Shown in pieces: positions 44,000 to 62,357 of a DNA stretch of 64,000 nucleotides. Source of the DNA: the human T2T-CHM13v2.0 reference genome, Homo sapiens; NCBI RefSeq assembly GCF_009914755.1, contig NC_060932.1; one strand, 5' to 3'. The notes beneath the pieces were generated by a model that saw only the letters and a list, made by a program, of their open reading frames with translations, searched no databases and was not told where the DNA came from. The stretch's first letter is position 1. Each line of letters opens with the position of its first letter. Both the position numbers and the translations under genes were made by a program.

Positions 44000-44350
44000 T
44001 TATTTGCCATGTCATTAAGACACACTCAGTCACTACTTCATTCAGTCCTCGTGAGTCAACACACACTTGTGAAGTATGTATTAGACTAATGACAAGAGAT
44101 AAACAAATAGGGGTCTTTGCTTCCATGATGGCCTCCCTACCTCCCTATCAGAAGTCCATCAGAGAAACACCATTTTAATCTGTGCCATGGCCAGATTATT
44201 TGTTCTAAATTCTGGCTCATCAGATAATACACATGAAGAAACTTTTGGGCAGCCAGTTATCTTGTTGGGATTAGGAATGTTGTTTATTGTTAATGGAAAT
44301 TAAAAATAAATTTTTAGTTCTTGTTCAACTACCTTGAAAAGTATACCCAT

Positions 44351-50092
<5,742 letters not shown>

Positions 50093-50384
50093 GAAAAGTA
50101 TAGCCATGAGAAACTACAGTGATTATATTTAAAAATTTGATTTTATGTAGAATTGTTTTTACAGTAAAGATGACTAATCAATTGAAGGGATTACAATGTA
50201 AATGATCTAATCTTTTAAGGAAATTTCAAAAACTGATTGGATGGTCAGTGGCATGAAATGGGGTGAATGCAGAGCTGACTATCACAGAGCCTATTAATAT
50301 GAACCACATGATCATGCCTAAAATAATAGTAATAATGGTATTAATAATAACATGTATCCAGGTGCACCACAATCCAATATCAGT

Positions 50385-50935
50385 TCACAGGCTGAAGTTT
50401 CACTGAAAAATTACTGACATGAGGCAGATTGATTAATAGAAAAAAAGCATCCAAATTTATTTAATGTGTGTACATGGGAGCCTTTAGAATGAAGACCCAA
50501 CTTCCCAGTCAGTAAGGTAGAGAAGCTTATATACCATCTTGAGGTTACAGAAAGAATGGGGGCTTGGATCCTGATAAAACAGGTCATGGGAGGGAGAGAA
50601 GAGAAATTCTATTGAGAGGCAATAAATGATTAGTAAGAAGGATTGGATCTGTGAACAAATTAACATGTTAATAGTTCTATCTGGAATTTAAATGCTCCTT
50701 GGGGACAGTCATTATCTTGGAAAGGGATCTGTTCAGGTGTGGTTATATTTTTGCTAATGGATAATGACATAAGAGGGAGGGGAACAAGAACAACTGTTCT
50801 CCTTGGGGGTCAGTCCTGTCTTTATGTACATAGGAGAAAAATCTCCTCTAGAGATTGTTGACCTCTAAGGATTTTTAATATAAAACTCTCATTATACCAC
50901 ACAACCATATTTGGGGAAAAATATGTTGATTTGAC
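50385..50935 (-). mobile_element. MER34/MER39-family LTR (ERV1)
   Basis: gcagattgattaatag...agcttatataccatcttgaggttacagaaagaatgggggcttggatcc ... catatttgggg. Confidence 0.65.
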
Positions 50936-51085
50936 TATCTAATCAATGAATAGGGCCAGGAAGAAAGACTAAAAATTCTTATTTGTGAACCACAAACACA
51001 GAACCTCAGAAACTTTATTCTCATCCTCCAAGAAGTAATATTCCTTTGTAATTCAGTAATTCTTTCTCTTTCTCGCTGTCTCTCT

Positions 51086-51086
<1 letters not shown>

Positions 51087-51135
<49 letters not shown>

Positions 51136-51252
51136 GAGACAAGGTTTCACTGTGCTGTCCAAGCTGGTCTTGAACTCCTGGACTCAAGCGATCTTCCCTT
51201 CCTCAGCTTCCCCAGATCCTGAGATTACAGGCATGAGCCACCATGCCTGGCC
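51087..51252 (-). mobile_element. Alu left monomer (FLAM-like) with 46-nt pure T tail
   Basis: T tract 51087-51132 joined directly to left-arm reverse complement ending catgcctggcc. Confidence 0.82.
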
Positions 51253-51292
51253 TGGTGATTCTCTTTAATGATTAAAAAGTCAAAAGTGAAAT

Positions 51293-52006
51293 TGTAACTG
51301 CCCAGTGAGTTATTCATGTCTGCTGCACAGACAAAATCAATCCACTGAGACCATAACATTGCAGTAAAGAAAGAGTTTGATTGACATAAGGTCAGCCACA
51401 CCACCAGGAGACAGAATTTTACACAAATCAATCTCACTGAAGGCTCAGAGGTTAGAGTTTTTTTCCAAAGATAGTTTGGTGGGCCGGGCACTAGGGGAAT
51501 GGGTGCTGCTGATTGGTTGGGGATGCAATCATAAGGGTGTGAAAAATGGTCCTCATGTGCTGAGTCCATTTCTGAGTAAGGACCACAGAGGAGTCACTGG
51601 TCTGAGTGGGGCCATCGAGTCATCAGAAATGTAAAAGCCTGAAAAGACATCTCAAAACATCAATCGTAGGTTCTACAATAGTAATGTTATTTATAGGAGT
51701 AATTGGGGAAGTTGCAAATCTTGTGACCTCCTGAATACTGGCTAGTAATCATTTAACTGCACTTACGTCTTAAGTAGAATTCAGGCCCATCGCATCCTCC
51801 TAACCTGATGCCCTTTCATTAGTTTTACAAGGGTGGTTTGGTTTGGGGAAGAGCTATTATTTAAACTATTAACTAAATTTCTCTCAAAGTTAGCTTGGCC
51901 CAGGCCCAGGAATGAGCAAGGACAGCCAGCCTGTGAGGCTAGAAGCAAGATGGAGTCAGCCATGGCAAATTTCTCTTACTGTCATAATTTTGCAAAGGCA
52001 GTTTCA
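51293..52006 (-). mobile_element. LTR8A-like solo LTR (ERV1)
   Basis: tgtaactgcccagtgag ... cataattttgcaaaggcagtttca; TSD aaat. Confidence 0.85.
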
Positions 52007-52078
52007 AAATAATGTGACACTAACCCTACTGCTTGCCCACTCTTCTGGGACTTATTTCTCTATCACATTCCCTGGCTG

Positions 52079-52080
<2 letters not shown>

Positions 52081-52111
<31 letters not shown>

Positions 52112-52115
52112 CACA
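52081..52115. repeat. (CA)n microsatellite
   Basis: About 14 CA units. Confidence 0.9.
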
Positions 52116-53419
52116 ATGTGCAAATCAGGCAGAGAGCAGCACACTCTTGCTCATTAAGAGATGACAAAGACCTGCAGCAGAATGTCCAGTGGAGCGAAGT
52201 CTAAGCTAACAGACTGAATAAATATTCAGTGTGCTCCAAAATCCTGATTATCAGGACAAGAGCTAGAATATCTAATGCACAAGTAGGCTCAATTAACCCT
52301 AATTAGTTCAGAGTCAGGCTACAAAAGACTTAATTAGCAGTTATTAGGTGCTGCTCAGAAAAGGAGCATAAATAATTGTTGGTAGCAAGCTGTGTTTAAG
52401 AGTCTCCTAGCTGAGTGACATAAAATTTTTAAAAAAGTAAAATCAATGTTCCTCTATTAGGGATTAAATTTAAAATAATAATATGGGTATTGACTTAAAT
52501 TTCATTTATTCGGTGTGGATCATTGACTCAATTTTATTTTTTCTGGACAACTTGGATGCTTCAGGAGAATTTCAGGAGGAATTTGAATGTTCACTTCTAA
52601 TGGTGTGATGGTTACAGTCTACCACAAAGAGAAGGACACCTGCTGTTGGGATGATGAGTGGCCAGCAGAGATCAGAGGGATAAATGAAAGGTTTTCCTTG
52701 AGCATTTCTAGAGTTAGCCTCTGGAGGGTCTCACACAGTGAAAGGCCAGGGAAGAAAGATTGATAAAGAAAGAGAGCAGAGAAACTGAGTTACGATGAAC
52801 ACGAAGTTAAGCTAGTGACCAAAATCAACTCTGAATTGTCCAAGCCTGAATCCTGGCTGTATAGCAAATTGGGTTCCTTTAGTCTAGTGCAAATTCTTTC
52901 TTCTTTCTGGCCCCATTTATTCATCAACATTGTTTCTCACAGGAGCCAAAAGTTAAAGACCCCCTTCTGAAAATTCACTTGCATAAAAAATGTACAATGA
53001 CCAGATTAAGATTGAAAAACAAAGGTAAAATTGACAGGATAGATGGCTCTCCACCAAATTGCCCTCTCTCTCTCTCTGAGGCTTTCTCAGAGAGGCAGAA
53101 TATTATAACATTTCTCTTAAGTTTTGTAATATCCTACATAAAACATGGGCTCTACATGAGTGAAACTTAGAATATATTTTAGAACACTACAGGGTTCTTA
53201 TATTTTAATGCATCTTTATTTAACATGACTATAAATGTTATTGCTCATAAAACTATTCAGCCTTGTCATAAATTATTTCGTAGAGGAATACTGTTTGTAG
53301 ATGTAAACACAGAAAAGCTGCCTTTAAAGAGTCTACTTAAATCAACTATTAATTTCATATGATAACCACCTTCTATTTAAAAAAAAAAGTGCCAAGGGAC
53401 AATCTCGGAAGAATGGAGG

Positions 53420-54028
53420 TGTATTAGTTTTGTATTGCTGTGTGATAAATTACCACAAATTTAGCAGCTTAAAACAACACTCACTTATTAGCTCACAGTT
53501 CTATATGTCAGAAGCCCTGGTTGATTTCACTGGGCTGTCAGAAAATCAAAATTAAGACGCTAGTCAGGTTGGGTTCTTATCTGGAGGTTCCGGAAGAATC
53601 CTTTTCCAAATTATCCAGGCTGTTTTCAGAATCTAGTTCCTTGTGGCTGTAGGCCTGAGGTCTTCATTTCCTTGCTGACTGCTAAAGCAAAGGCTGCCTT
53701 CTTCTCCCAGAGACTGCTCATATGCCTTCTTTCATGGCCCCACCACCTTCAATGCATCAATTACACACCATGTCCTTATTCTTTCAATGTCTCTGACTTC
53801 TCCTGATGCTTCAGCTGGACAAAACTCAACTGCTTTTAAAAGTCTCAGGTAATCAGCTTGGGCCCACTTGGAAACCCCTTTTGATTACTCAAGTTCATTT
53901 GATTAGTAACCTTAATTACCTCTCACAAGAATCCTTTTTGCTACGTGACCTAACGTAATCATGGGCATGATATCTCGTCATATTCATTGTCTTAGGGATG
54001 AAAGCTCAATTTTTCCTGTATCTACACA
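53420..54028 (-). mobile_element. MLT1-family MaLR LTR
   Basis: tgtattagttttgtattgctgtgtgataaattaccacaaatttagcagcttaaaacaacac. Confidence 0.8.
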
Positions 54029-54189
54029 TAGTACCCTGCTGAGGGCAGAGGGCGGCAGTGGTCACTAGGCTGCAGAAGGAGAGGGAGGCCATCAGGGTAC
54101 TGCCAAGGGGTGGGAGAGAAGGTGGCTGAGAATATATCCTGGGGACATAGGGAGACATTGGGAGGTAGGCTGCACATAAATCAAGACTT

Positions 54190-54362
54190 CAAGCTTCCAG
54201 CACATGCTGTATTGGCCCATTGGACTTTACTTACAAAACATAAATTCAGAGATACAATTATTACGAATTTCAAGATGGCAACTGCAGAATATTAAAGCCC
54301 AGTAGGGATCTCCTTTCTCAGTGTAGAGCTCTGTGAGACTTATACCCATGAAGTTGACCCTG
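54190..54362 (-). mobile_element. MER91B-like hAT DNA transposon fragment
   Basis: cccattggactttacttacaaaacataaattcagagatacaattattacgaatttcaagatggc...cccatgaagttgaccctg. Confidence 0.7.
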
Positions 54363-55895
54363 GAAATAAGCACTATATAAGTGACTGCTGATGTGTTTTT
54401 AGTAGTAATAGTAATATTTTGTAGACAGCAGACACTGAAAAGGCAAAAAGTCTAGTTGCTTCAAAATATCTGTGCTATTCTTATTTTGTACAAGCTGACC
54501 TAAAAATCAGGCCTGATACAGAGACATCTTACATTCCATGATGCTTTTCCAAAGGGCTGTGTATAAGCACTTCAAACCATTGACTTATGAAAAATGGTGG
54601 AAGTGATACTGACATTCTACATGATATAAACTCTCCTGCTTATCTACTTTTTCTGTTGTTCTGGGTATTGTTCTAACTCTCTAGTTGGAAATCTGGCTCA
54701 TTTTACCATCACTGAAATTAATTAAAAATAAATCAAACTTACATTCATTCTATTTTTTTAGCTTACCATACAATTCAATTCAAATTCAATTTTATTACAG
54801 AATAAGTTATGAAAATTGCATGTAGTTTTTCCTTTTTTCCCCTTTCTTTGCTGTCAAATCGACTATAGATGGTACAGGCTTAATCCCAAGGAAACTAATA
54901 AAGTGAATTGTTCACACAATTACATATTATTTTCCTATTACGCAGAACTCTCTCTGGGTGCCCAATGCTCCGTGATTGACTGATCTGTGAAGCCAGAATC
55001 CTCTCTGCTTTTGAGCTTTGAGTATTCAGTCATCTCTAAATTTTTGACAAGGCTGTTTAAAGAGTGGTGTGACTGCATCATAAGACCACTCACAAACTGC
55101 GACATATGCTTTGTTCTGTGTGGGGAAAAATTAGCATCATTTACAAAAGGAAAAGAAAAAAACCACACACATACACACACACTCCAAAATTCTTTAAGAG
55201 TGGTGAGCTGAGGCAAATATGATATATATTGGAGAGAGATGGATCTGGGCTCTTGGCTAATATAAAATGATGAATCAAAGGGCATCAGTGACAGCAGACA
55301 GTGGGCCTAACTATCTCCAGAGGGGGGGCATTCAGATATTCGATCTTCTCCAGGCTATCATGTGAGTTTTCAGAGTGCAACAGGAGTCTCGAGTTTCACC
55401 AGGAGGCCACGGTGTCAATACAGAGCCAAGCCAATCCTACTCTTCGGGTGCTAGGAGACTTGCTTAAATAAATCTGGTCCCTTTTTCAGTTGCATAGCTC
55501 TATTCTAAAACTTGAACTACTCCTAATGATACCTTTGTGACTCCAAACACCATAAGCCAGTGTTGATAGTTGATCAACACCATTTGATTTCATTATATTA
55601 CTGTTGATAGAGCACTTTATGTGGAAAGCATTATGACAAAGAGACAGTGTCATGTGACGGTTAACAACTAGGCTTTTCCAGCTGTGGAACCTGAGACAAG
55701 TAACCAAATCCCTGTATGCAATAAACTCCTCATGCATATCATGGTGAGAATAACCATAAGGATTGAGTACAAATAGTTTACTTCTGAGATGATCCCAGGA
55801 AACATTGGAAAGGGAGCTAGGGAGTGAAAAGAGGAAAGGTAACCAAGGAAGGATGGCCTAGAAAGTAGTTATTGTTGTGATACCTGGAGCAAAGA

Positions 55896-56078
55896 CAGAG
55901 TCTCCAAGTGTGGTTTGTGGTTGACTCACCTCAGCATCACATTGGCATTAGTTATAAATGCAGATTCTCAGGCCCCACTCCAGACCCACTGAATTAGAAG
56001 CCCTGCATGTGGACCCAGCAAACTGGTCTAACAACCCTGCAGGTGATGTTGATGCACACTCAAATTTGAGAACTAATG
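55896..56078. mobile_element. MER5A DNA transposon, within old MLT1-like LTR remnants (about 55740-56340)
   Basis: aaatgcagattctcaggccccactccagacccactgaattagaa...aggtgatgttgatgcacactcaaatttgagaac. Confidence 0.8.
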
Positions 56079-57645
56079 AGCTAGAGAACTCTGGGAGCTG
56101 GGAGTTGTGCAGAATAACTTTCTCAGAGCTATCTCACCAAGGGGAATATGTTGCTGGGATATTTATATGCCAATTCCCATCAGTAATTATGGAGGGCTGT
56201 TAAAAAGAAGACATTGGAAAGAAACATTAATTCTCCAGCACTTTAGTCTGTGATGCCCTTGAGCTGAGTGGATTCTGAAGTAAACCTTTGGCAAGGAGGT
56301 GTGGGTCCTGCAGCTGGAGTCCTGGGAGCATTACAATAGCCAGGCCCACAGGCATATGACGGGGACATCAATGGTGTCTTAAGGATTGAGATAATGCAGT
56401 AAAGGGCATATCATAGTGCCTGGCACAAAAATCCTTTGTGTATTAAAATCTAAAAGTAATACAAAGATCAACTAGCTGGGATGCCTGCCCTCAAAGAGTA
56501 GATAATTTACAAAGACAGTTAGGACACAAAGACATGAGTAGGATCTAAAGCAGATGCAATAAATGCTATGCGTGATGGAGGTGCAGAAGGGAGAGATCCT
56601 ATTGGATTATAGGGGGAATAAAGGCACTTTGAATCAGTGGCATCTGAGAAGGGAGGGGTAGGCTTTTTGGCAGGCTCTGATGAAACAAGAGGGCTCATTT
56701 AACTGCAAAGAAAGACACAGGTCGCTGTGTTAGCTGCCTCATCATCACTGGAACTCAAGTACCTGTTGAATCTGAGATGCCACATATCCATTAACAAAAT
56801 ACAAAGAACTTCTGTGGCTAACAAATTTGAAGTGTAAGGATGCTGAAGGTTAGGGTTTCCCTGCCACATCACATCTCCACCTGGCTCACTAATTTTTTTT
56901 TGGGGAAAGAATTAAGGCTCACTGGTTTGCAAAACACAAAACATGTTTCAACTAACCCCTCTGATGTGATGCTTTCCTGGGGATTGTATGGAAATGAGAG
57001 AGTGCTGATTTCATTTTTTTCAGTAACATTATTACCATTATAACATCACTTTTATAGTCTAAAGCATAGCTGCCAATATGTCCTATGAAAATTTTAGTCA
57101 TGTTAAGTTAAAAAAAATAATTACTTCTGAAAAGGTGAGTGTAGTGGAGCGAAGAAGTAAGTTGAGTAGCATGAATACAAAATTCTACATTTTTGAGTAT
57201 TATGTTGCTGGAATCCCTGACCTCACAGCAAAATGCATTCCCTGACTCTGGCTATTTTACTTCCCAGATTTTCTTTGTCCATCCCTCCTCAAGAAAGCAG
57301 CCCCTTAGGTTTCAATTCCCCCTGATGCATGCTACATTCTGATGCACCTCCAGTGCCTCGCTCTTCTTTCCCTTTCATCGGCTCAGTGATAACAATCCAT
57401 TACTAACCAAGTATTGAGGCTCTCCTACCTTTTTACGAATAGAGTTTTTTTTTCTTAATTTTCGTTTTTCTTAATCTTCGAGAACATTAGTAAGAATAAA
57501 ACTAAGGAAGAGAAAAGAGGGGTCAGCAATTACGTGTTAAGCAATGGAATGGACGGACTTTAAAGATTTGATGAGAACAAGGAAGAGAACTTCCTGCCAG
57601 CTGGGCTCTCCTCCACAATGTATTTTCCAGCACACTGTGTAGAGC

Positions 57646-57677
57646 TGTGTGTGTGTATGTGTGTGTGTGTGTGTGTG
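57646..57677. repeat. (TG)n microsatellite
   Basis: tgtgtgtgtgtatgtgtgtgtgtgtgtgtgtg. Confidence 0.9.
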
Positions 57678-58384
57678 CTTACACAATGTGGAATTCATTA
57701 GTAGAACTTGCTCTAAAAATTGTAGACCCCCTAATAGGGTTCTTGTTTAAACCTTTAAGTGTTAAAAGTATTTAGTGGTGGTGAATCTCAAGGTGTGGAT
57801 TGCAGTGCCTGAGGTATTGTAAAGCATATATTTGTATGGTACTTTTTCTTTACGGGTGGGCTTGCCAGCACCATATGAACCAAATTCTCCAAATTGTGGA
57901 CAAATAAAACATTCTTGTATTATAAACTAAGAAACAAGGTTCTGGGAATAATTTAGAGGACATTGCAAAATACCTTTTCCATTAGCTCAAGATTAAATGT
58001 TATGCTAAGATTTTTTAAGTGTACATAAAGCATGTAAATATCAGTTGCTTGACTCACTGGTCACCTCTTAGGCTGATTTAATATTTTATGAAGCCTTGAG
58101 TACTCATACATAACTTTATAATTTATTTCTCCAATGTTCCCCCAAGGGAAGCCTTTACCACAGGCAAAACAGTTGGACATTAGGAGTATTTGTTATTTGA
58201 GTCAAGTCAAAAGGTGAACTGAGAGGAATGGGTCTAACAGTTCCATTACAGAATTTTAAATCAGTGCTTGTCTCTCCATGGTGGGATGTAGGACATGCTA
58301 CCCCAACATATAGCACCCTGGAGGTCACACTCTTACCTTGCCTGCCTTTCTGTGTAATAGTATTACATAAAGTAATTCTCAGAA

Positions 58385-58611
58385 AGCACAGTGGCTCACA
58401 CCTGTAATTCTAGCTACTCAGGAGGCAGGAGAGTCACTTGAGCCCAGGATTTCAAGACAATGAGTTATCATTGCACTCCAGCCTCAGTGACCCATCTCTT
58501 TAAAAAAAAAAGAAAGAAAGAGAGAGAGAGAAAGAAAGAAGAAAGAAAGAAAGAAATATTCCCTGTGCTGTTAATGAAATTTCTAACCCAACTAAAGAAA
58601 GAAAGAAAGAC

Positions 58612-58642
<31 letters not shown>

Positions 58643-58643
58643 C

Positions 58644-58697
<54 letters not shown>
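58385..58697 (+). mobile_element. Degenerate Alu monomer (FAM-like) whose tail became a (GAAA)n microsatellite
   Basis: gcacagtggctcacacctgtaattctagctactcaggagg...ttgcactccagcct...catctcttt + A tract + GAAA repeats. Confidence 0.75.
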
Positions 58698-58698
<1 letters not shown>

Positions 58699-58895
58699 AT
58701 TATCTGACTTACCTCCCATGCAAGTAAAAGTGGGTCATAAAACCTTTATGTAACGGGTGCCCTGTCTTATACTTGGAGGAAAGAAATGAAGACACAGAGA
58801 TGCCAAGAAAAAGCTGAAAAAAAAAAAAAAAGACCTTGCTATGTTCCCCCCAATTTTTTACCATTAGATCCTACTTTTTTGTCTAACCATGCCTC

Positions 58896-59175
58896 TTTTG
58901 AGACAGAGTCTCAATCTGTTGCCCAGGTTGGAGGGCAGTGATGCGATCTTGTCTCACTGCAACCTCTGCCTCCTGGGTTCAAGGGATTCTCCTGCCTCCC
59001 GAGTAGTTGGAATTACAAGTGTGCATCACCACACCAGAGTAATTTTTGCAGTTTTAGTAGAGACAGGGTTTTTCCATATTGGCCAGGCTGGTCTCGAATT
59101 CCTGTCCTCAAGTGATCTGCCCACCTCGGCCTCTCAAAGTGTTGGGATTACAAGCATCAGCCACTGCACCTGGCC
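58896..59175 (-). mobile_element. Alu (S-type) with almost no tail
   Basis: ttttgagacagagtctc ... cacctggcc; diverged TSD tgtctaaccatgcctct / tgtccaactacacctct. Confidence 0.88.
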
Positions 59176-61321
59176 TGTCCAACTACACCTCTACACAACT
59201 GTTCATGCTTCATCAAACTTAAGCATAAAAATACAGTTTTCCCTGGGTCTTTGGCTCTTCATCTCTGAAGGCCGTAGTGTCATGTGAAACTTTGGCTAAA
59301 TAAATTTGTCATACTTTTCTCTTGTTAACCTGTCTTTTGTTATAGGGATTTCAGCCATGAAACTTTCAGTGGCAGAGGAACAGATATTACTTCTTCTCTC
59401 CTATATTCCCAAAGAATCCAGCCCATTGTAGAGATTGAATGGCATTTGAGAATAAAGAGTAGAGTTCAGTAGACAAATCAGAGATTAAGGATAAAGAAAG
59501 TACAATCTATCTGCAATCCTGTAAGTATCTGGATGTGGAAAATAAAATGCAGTATCTTTCAAGCATACCATACATTTTTTCATTTCCCTCATTTAACATG
59601 TACTTATTGAAGAATTTCTAATATACAAAGCTAGGTACTGTAGGGGGTATAAAAGGAATTAAGAAATGCATTTGCCTATGAATAGATTATTATTTATTAT
59701 AGTTGTGCAGGATAAAGCTAGCATTTATACTATGTGACAAGTGGTAAGCAGTTCATAAAGGTATGCATTTAGTCTACTACTATATATTGGAGATGAAGGA
59801 GGGTATGGAAGAAAGAGACAGGTAATTTTAGTATAAAAGGTGATTTTATGGGATCAGGAATTTGACAAATTTTAAGCTGTATTATGCTAACTAGATAGGC
59901 TTACCAGGTGTCATAGGGAAGGCCCCAGTGTGGCAAATGTAATGTGTATTGACCTGGCTCTCTGAACAGGCTGTCACAATGAGAACTGGGTGCTAGTTCA
60001 CAGGATACCAGTGTTTGCAGCTTTATGGAAGCAGTACAAGTCAACATTCTGTCACTTTACTTTGGTGGTATTAGAAACCGATCTACTTAATGTACAGTGT
60101 AACTCCAGTTATAAAATTTTAAACAGGATACAAATTTTATTCTTTTTTCTTTCATGGACACTCATAAAAATATTCCCTGTGCTGTTAATGAAATTTCTAA
60201 CCCAACTAAATTATGCAATATGCAACACTGCCATGCAAATTCAGTTTTTTTTACCTACAATAAGAGCACTTACAGTCTACATTTAGGCAACACTAATGTA
60301 TTGCTAGAGCTAGCAAAAGGATATAAATTACATATAGTGCCTATCCTTCTCCCTTAACTCATTCTATTATATTTAGCCATCATAATGATGATGGCAAATG
60401 GAGCTAGTGTTATCTAAAAGCTCAACTGGGCTGGATGTTCATGATGGCCTTTTAACTCACACGTCTGGTGCCTCACTTGGGATGCTTGGAAGAGTTGGTA
60501 GTAGTCTGGGTATTTTCTTTATTCATATAGCCTCTCTACATGGCTAGCTACTTGGGGTTTCCTTACAGCAGGGAGTTCTCAAGATAGATTCTTATATGGT
60601 GAGTGGTTTTCCCTGAACATGTATTTCAAGAGACTAATGCAGAAATTTCATGGCATTTTTATTTTTACCTCGTCTTGAAATTAACCCAATACCACCACAC
60701 AGGACCTGGGAACTATGGTTCATGGGGGGTGAGGGGTTTCCTTTTTGGAGACTAATGACTGCATTTGTCATTATTGAAATATGTCATTGCTTGACTTTGG
60801 TAGACTCTTGTTATAACCACTTCAATGACATAGTCAACAGAATTTAAAATCCACTTTCAAAAGAGTATCTAGAATAATAATTTGAAATCTGCATTAGAGT
60901 CTACCCAGCAATTTAACCAATTATTTAGTTATTGAATATTCATTATCTGCTGTGCACTGGAGACTGTGCTGGATACTGGTGAATTCTCATAGGTAAATTG
61001 GGTAGATACCTGAGGAAATTGAAGCTCAGAAGATTTGAATAGAAGTGGATTGACCTCCCCAACGCAGCTGAGTCAGGTGCCCATACAATGCAGTAACATC
61101 AAGAATACTTACTGATATAAGAAACAAGACAAAAAACCCAGAAATCTTGTCAAGGATTTCCATAAATAGGACTTAAGGCATATGCTGTAATGTGCTTTGT
61201 AGTTTGACACTGAAAACTCGAGTGATGGATTTGTTATGTTTAGTAAAAAAAAAAATCCTTGATATTGTCTCTTAAAATATAACTCAATCCAAACCACACT
61301 TACAAGTATTGTGCTAAATGA

Positions 61322-61508
61322 CAGGGGTTCTAAAACTTTCCAGAGTGCCAGAATCACCTATAGGGCTTGTTAAAGCACAGGTGGCTGGGTCCTATCCCCA
61401 ATTTCAGATTCAGTAGGTCTGGGATGGGGTCCAAGCATTTAAATTCTATCAAATTCCCAAGTCAGGTTGAGGCTGCTGCTAAAACAACCATACTTTGAGA
61501 GGTACTGC
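61322..61508. mobile_element. MER5A DNA transposon
   Basis: cagaatcacctatagggcttgttaaagcacag...cagattcagtaggtctgggatggggtccaag...catactttgaga. Confidence 0.8.
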
Positions 61509-61515
61509 TGAATGG

Positions 61516-62357
61516 TGTTGAAGAAAGCCAGAGATGAACAGAGGTTGAAGAGGTGAAGATAGATTTATTAAAAAAAAAAAAAAAAAAAAAAAACTATTGC
61601 AATAGGGGATGAGAAACTCCAGTGTAGAATTGGACATAATTCCAAAGACAATCACAACAAGTGGGGATTTCTAACTGTATTAGCCTGTTCTCAGGTTCTT
61701 GGGTATGTCTGCTATTAGGACATACCCAGGACTGGGTAATTTATAAAGGAAAGAGGTTTAATAGACTCACAGTTCCACATGGCTGAGGAGGCCTCAAAAT
61801 CATAGCAGAAGGCAAAGGAGGAGCAAAGGCATGTCTTACATGGTGGCAGGCAAGAGAGCGTGTGCAAGGGAACTGCCCTTTATAAAACCATCAGATCTCA
61901 TGAGACTTACTCAGTATCACAGGAATAGCATGGGAAAAATCCACCCCCATGATTCAGTTACCTTCCACCAGGTTCCTCGCATGACATGTGGGGATTTTGG
62001 GAGCTACAATTCAAGATGAGATTTGGGTGGGGACACAGCGAAACCATATCAATAACCAAGGAATAAGATGAGGAGGTAGGGCACTGGTGGGTCATCAAGG
62101 CTGCGAGGACTTCTGGCTGAACTGACCTAACAGGATTCTTGCTGCAGGAATGCTAGGGTAATTTGATATCATCTGGGGATAGCAGGGATGAAGAGTTTAA
62201 TCAGGGACCAGCTATTGAGGGTGGGGAATTCTCACCAAACGGACTTAGCAAGATTTTTGCTAAAACTGAACTCTACAAGGAAGTACACAAATTTTCATTT
62301 TTAGAGAGAGGGTTCAGGGGAGCTGGACTCAGATTTGATCAAACAGAGTCTTTGTCA
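61516..62357 (-). mobile_element. MER31-like solo LTR split by a THE1 LTR
   Basis: Ends gactcagatttgatcaaacagagtctttgtca; TSD atgg on both sides. Confidence 0.75.
61676..62051 (-). mobile_element. THE1 solo LTR
   Basis: tgtattagcctgttctca ... gggacacagcgaaaccatatca; 5-bp near-TSD ctaac/ataac. Confidence 0.9.

Larger units (their letters stand above)
58279..59405 (+). mobile_element. MER34-family LTR carrying two SINE insertions
   Basis: catgctaccccaacatatagc ... aaataaatttgtcatacttttctcttgttaacctgtcttttgttatagg...ctcctata. Confidence 0.65.

Noticed and set aside
58460-58753. Lys/Glu/Arg-rich ORF and Phe/Leu/Ser-rich antisense ORF
   Set aside because: Simple translation of the (GAAA)n microsatellite.
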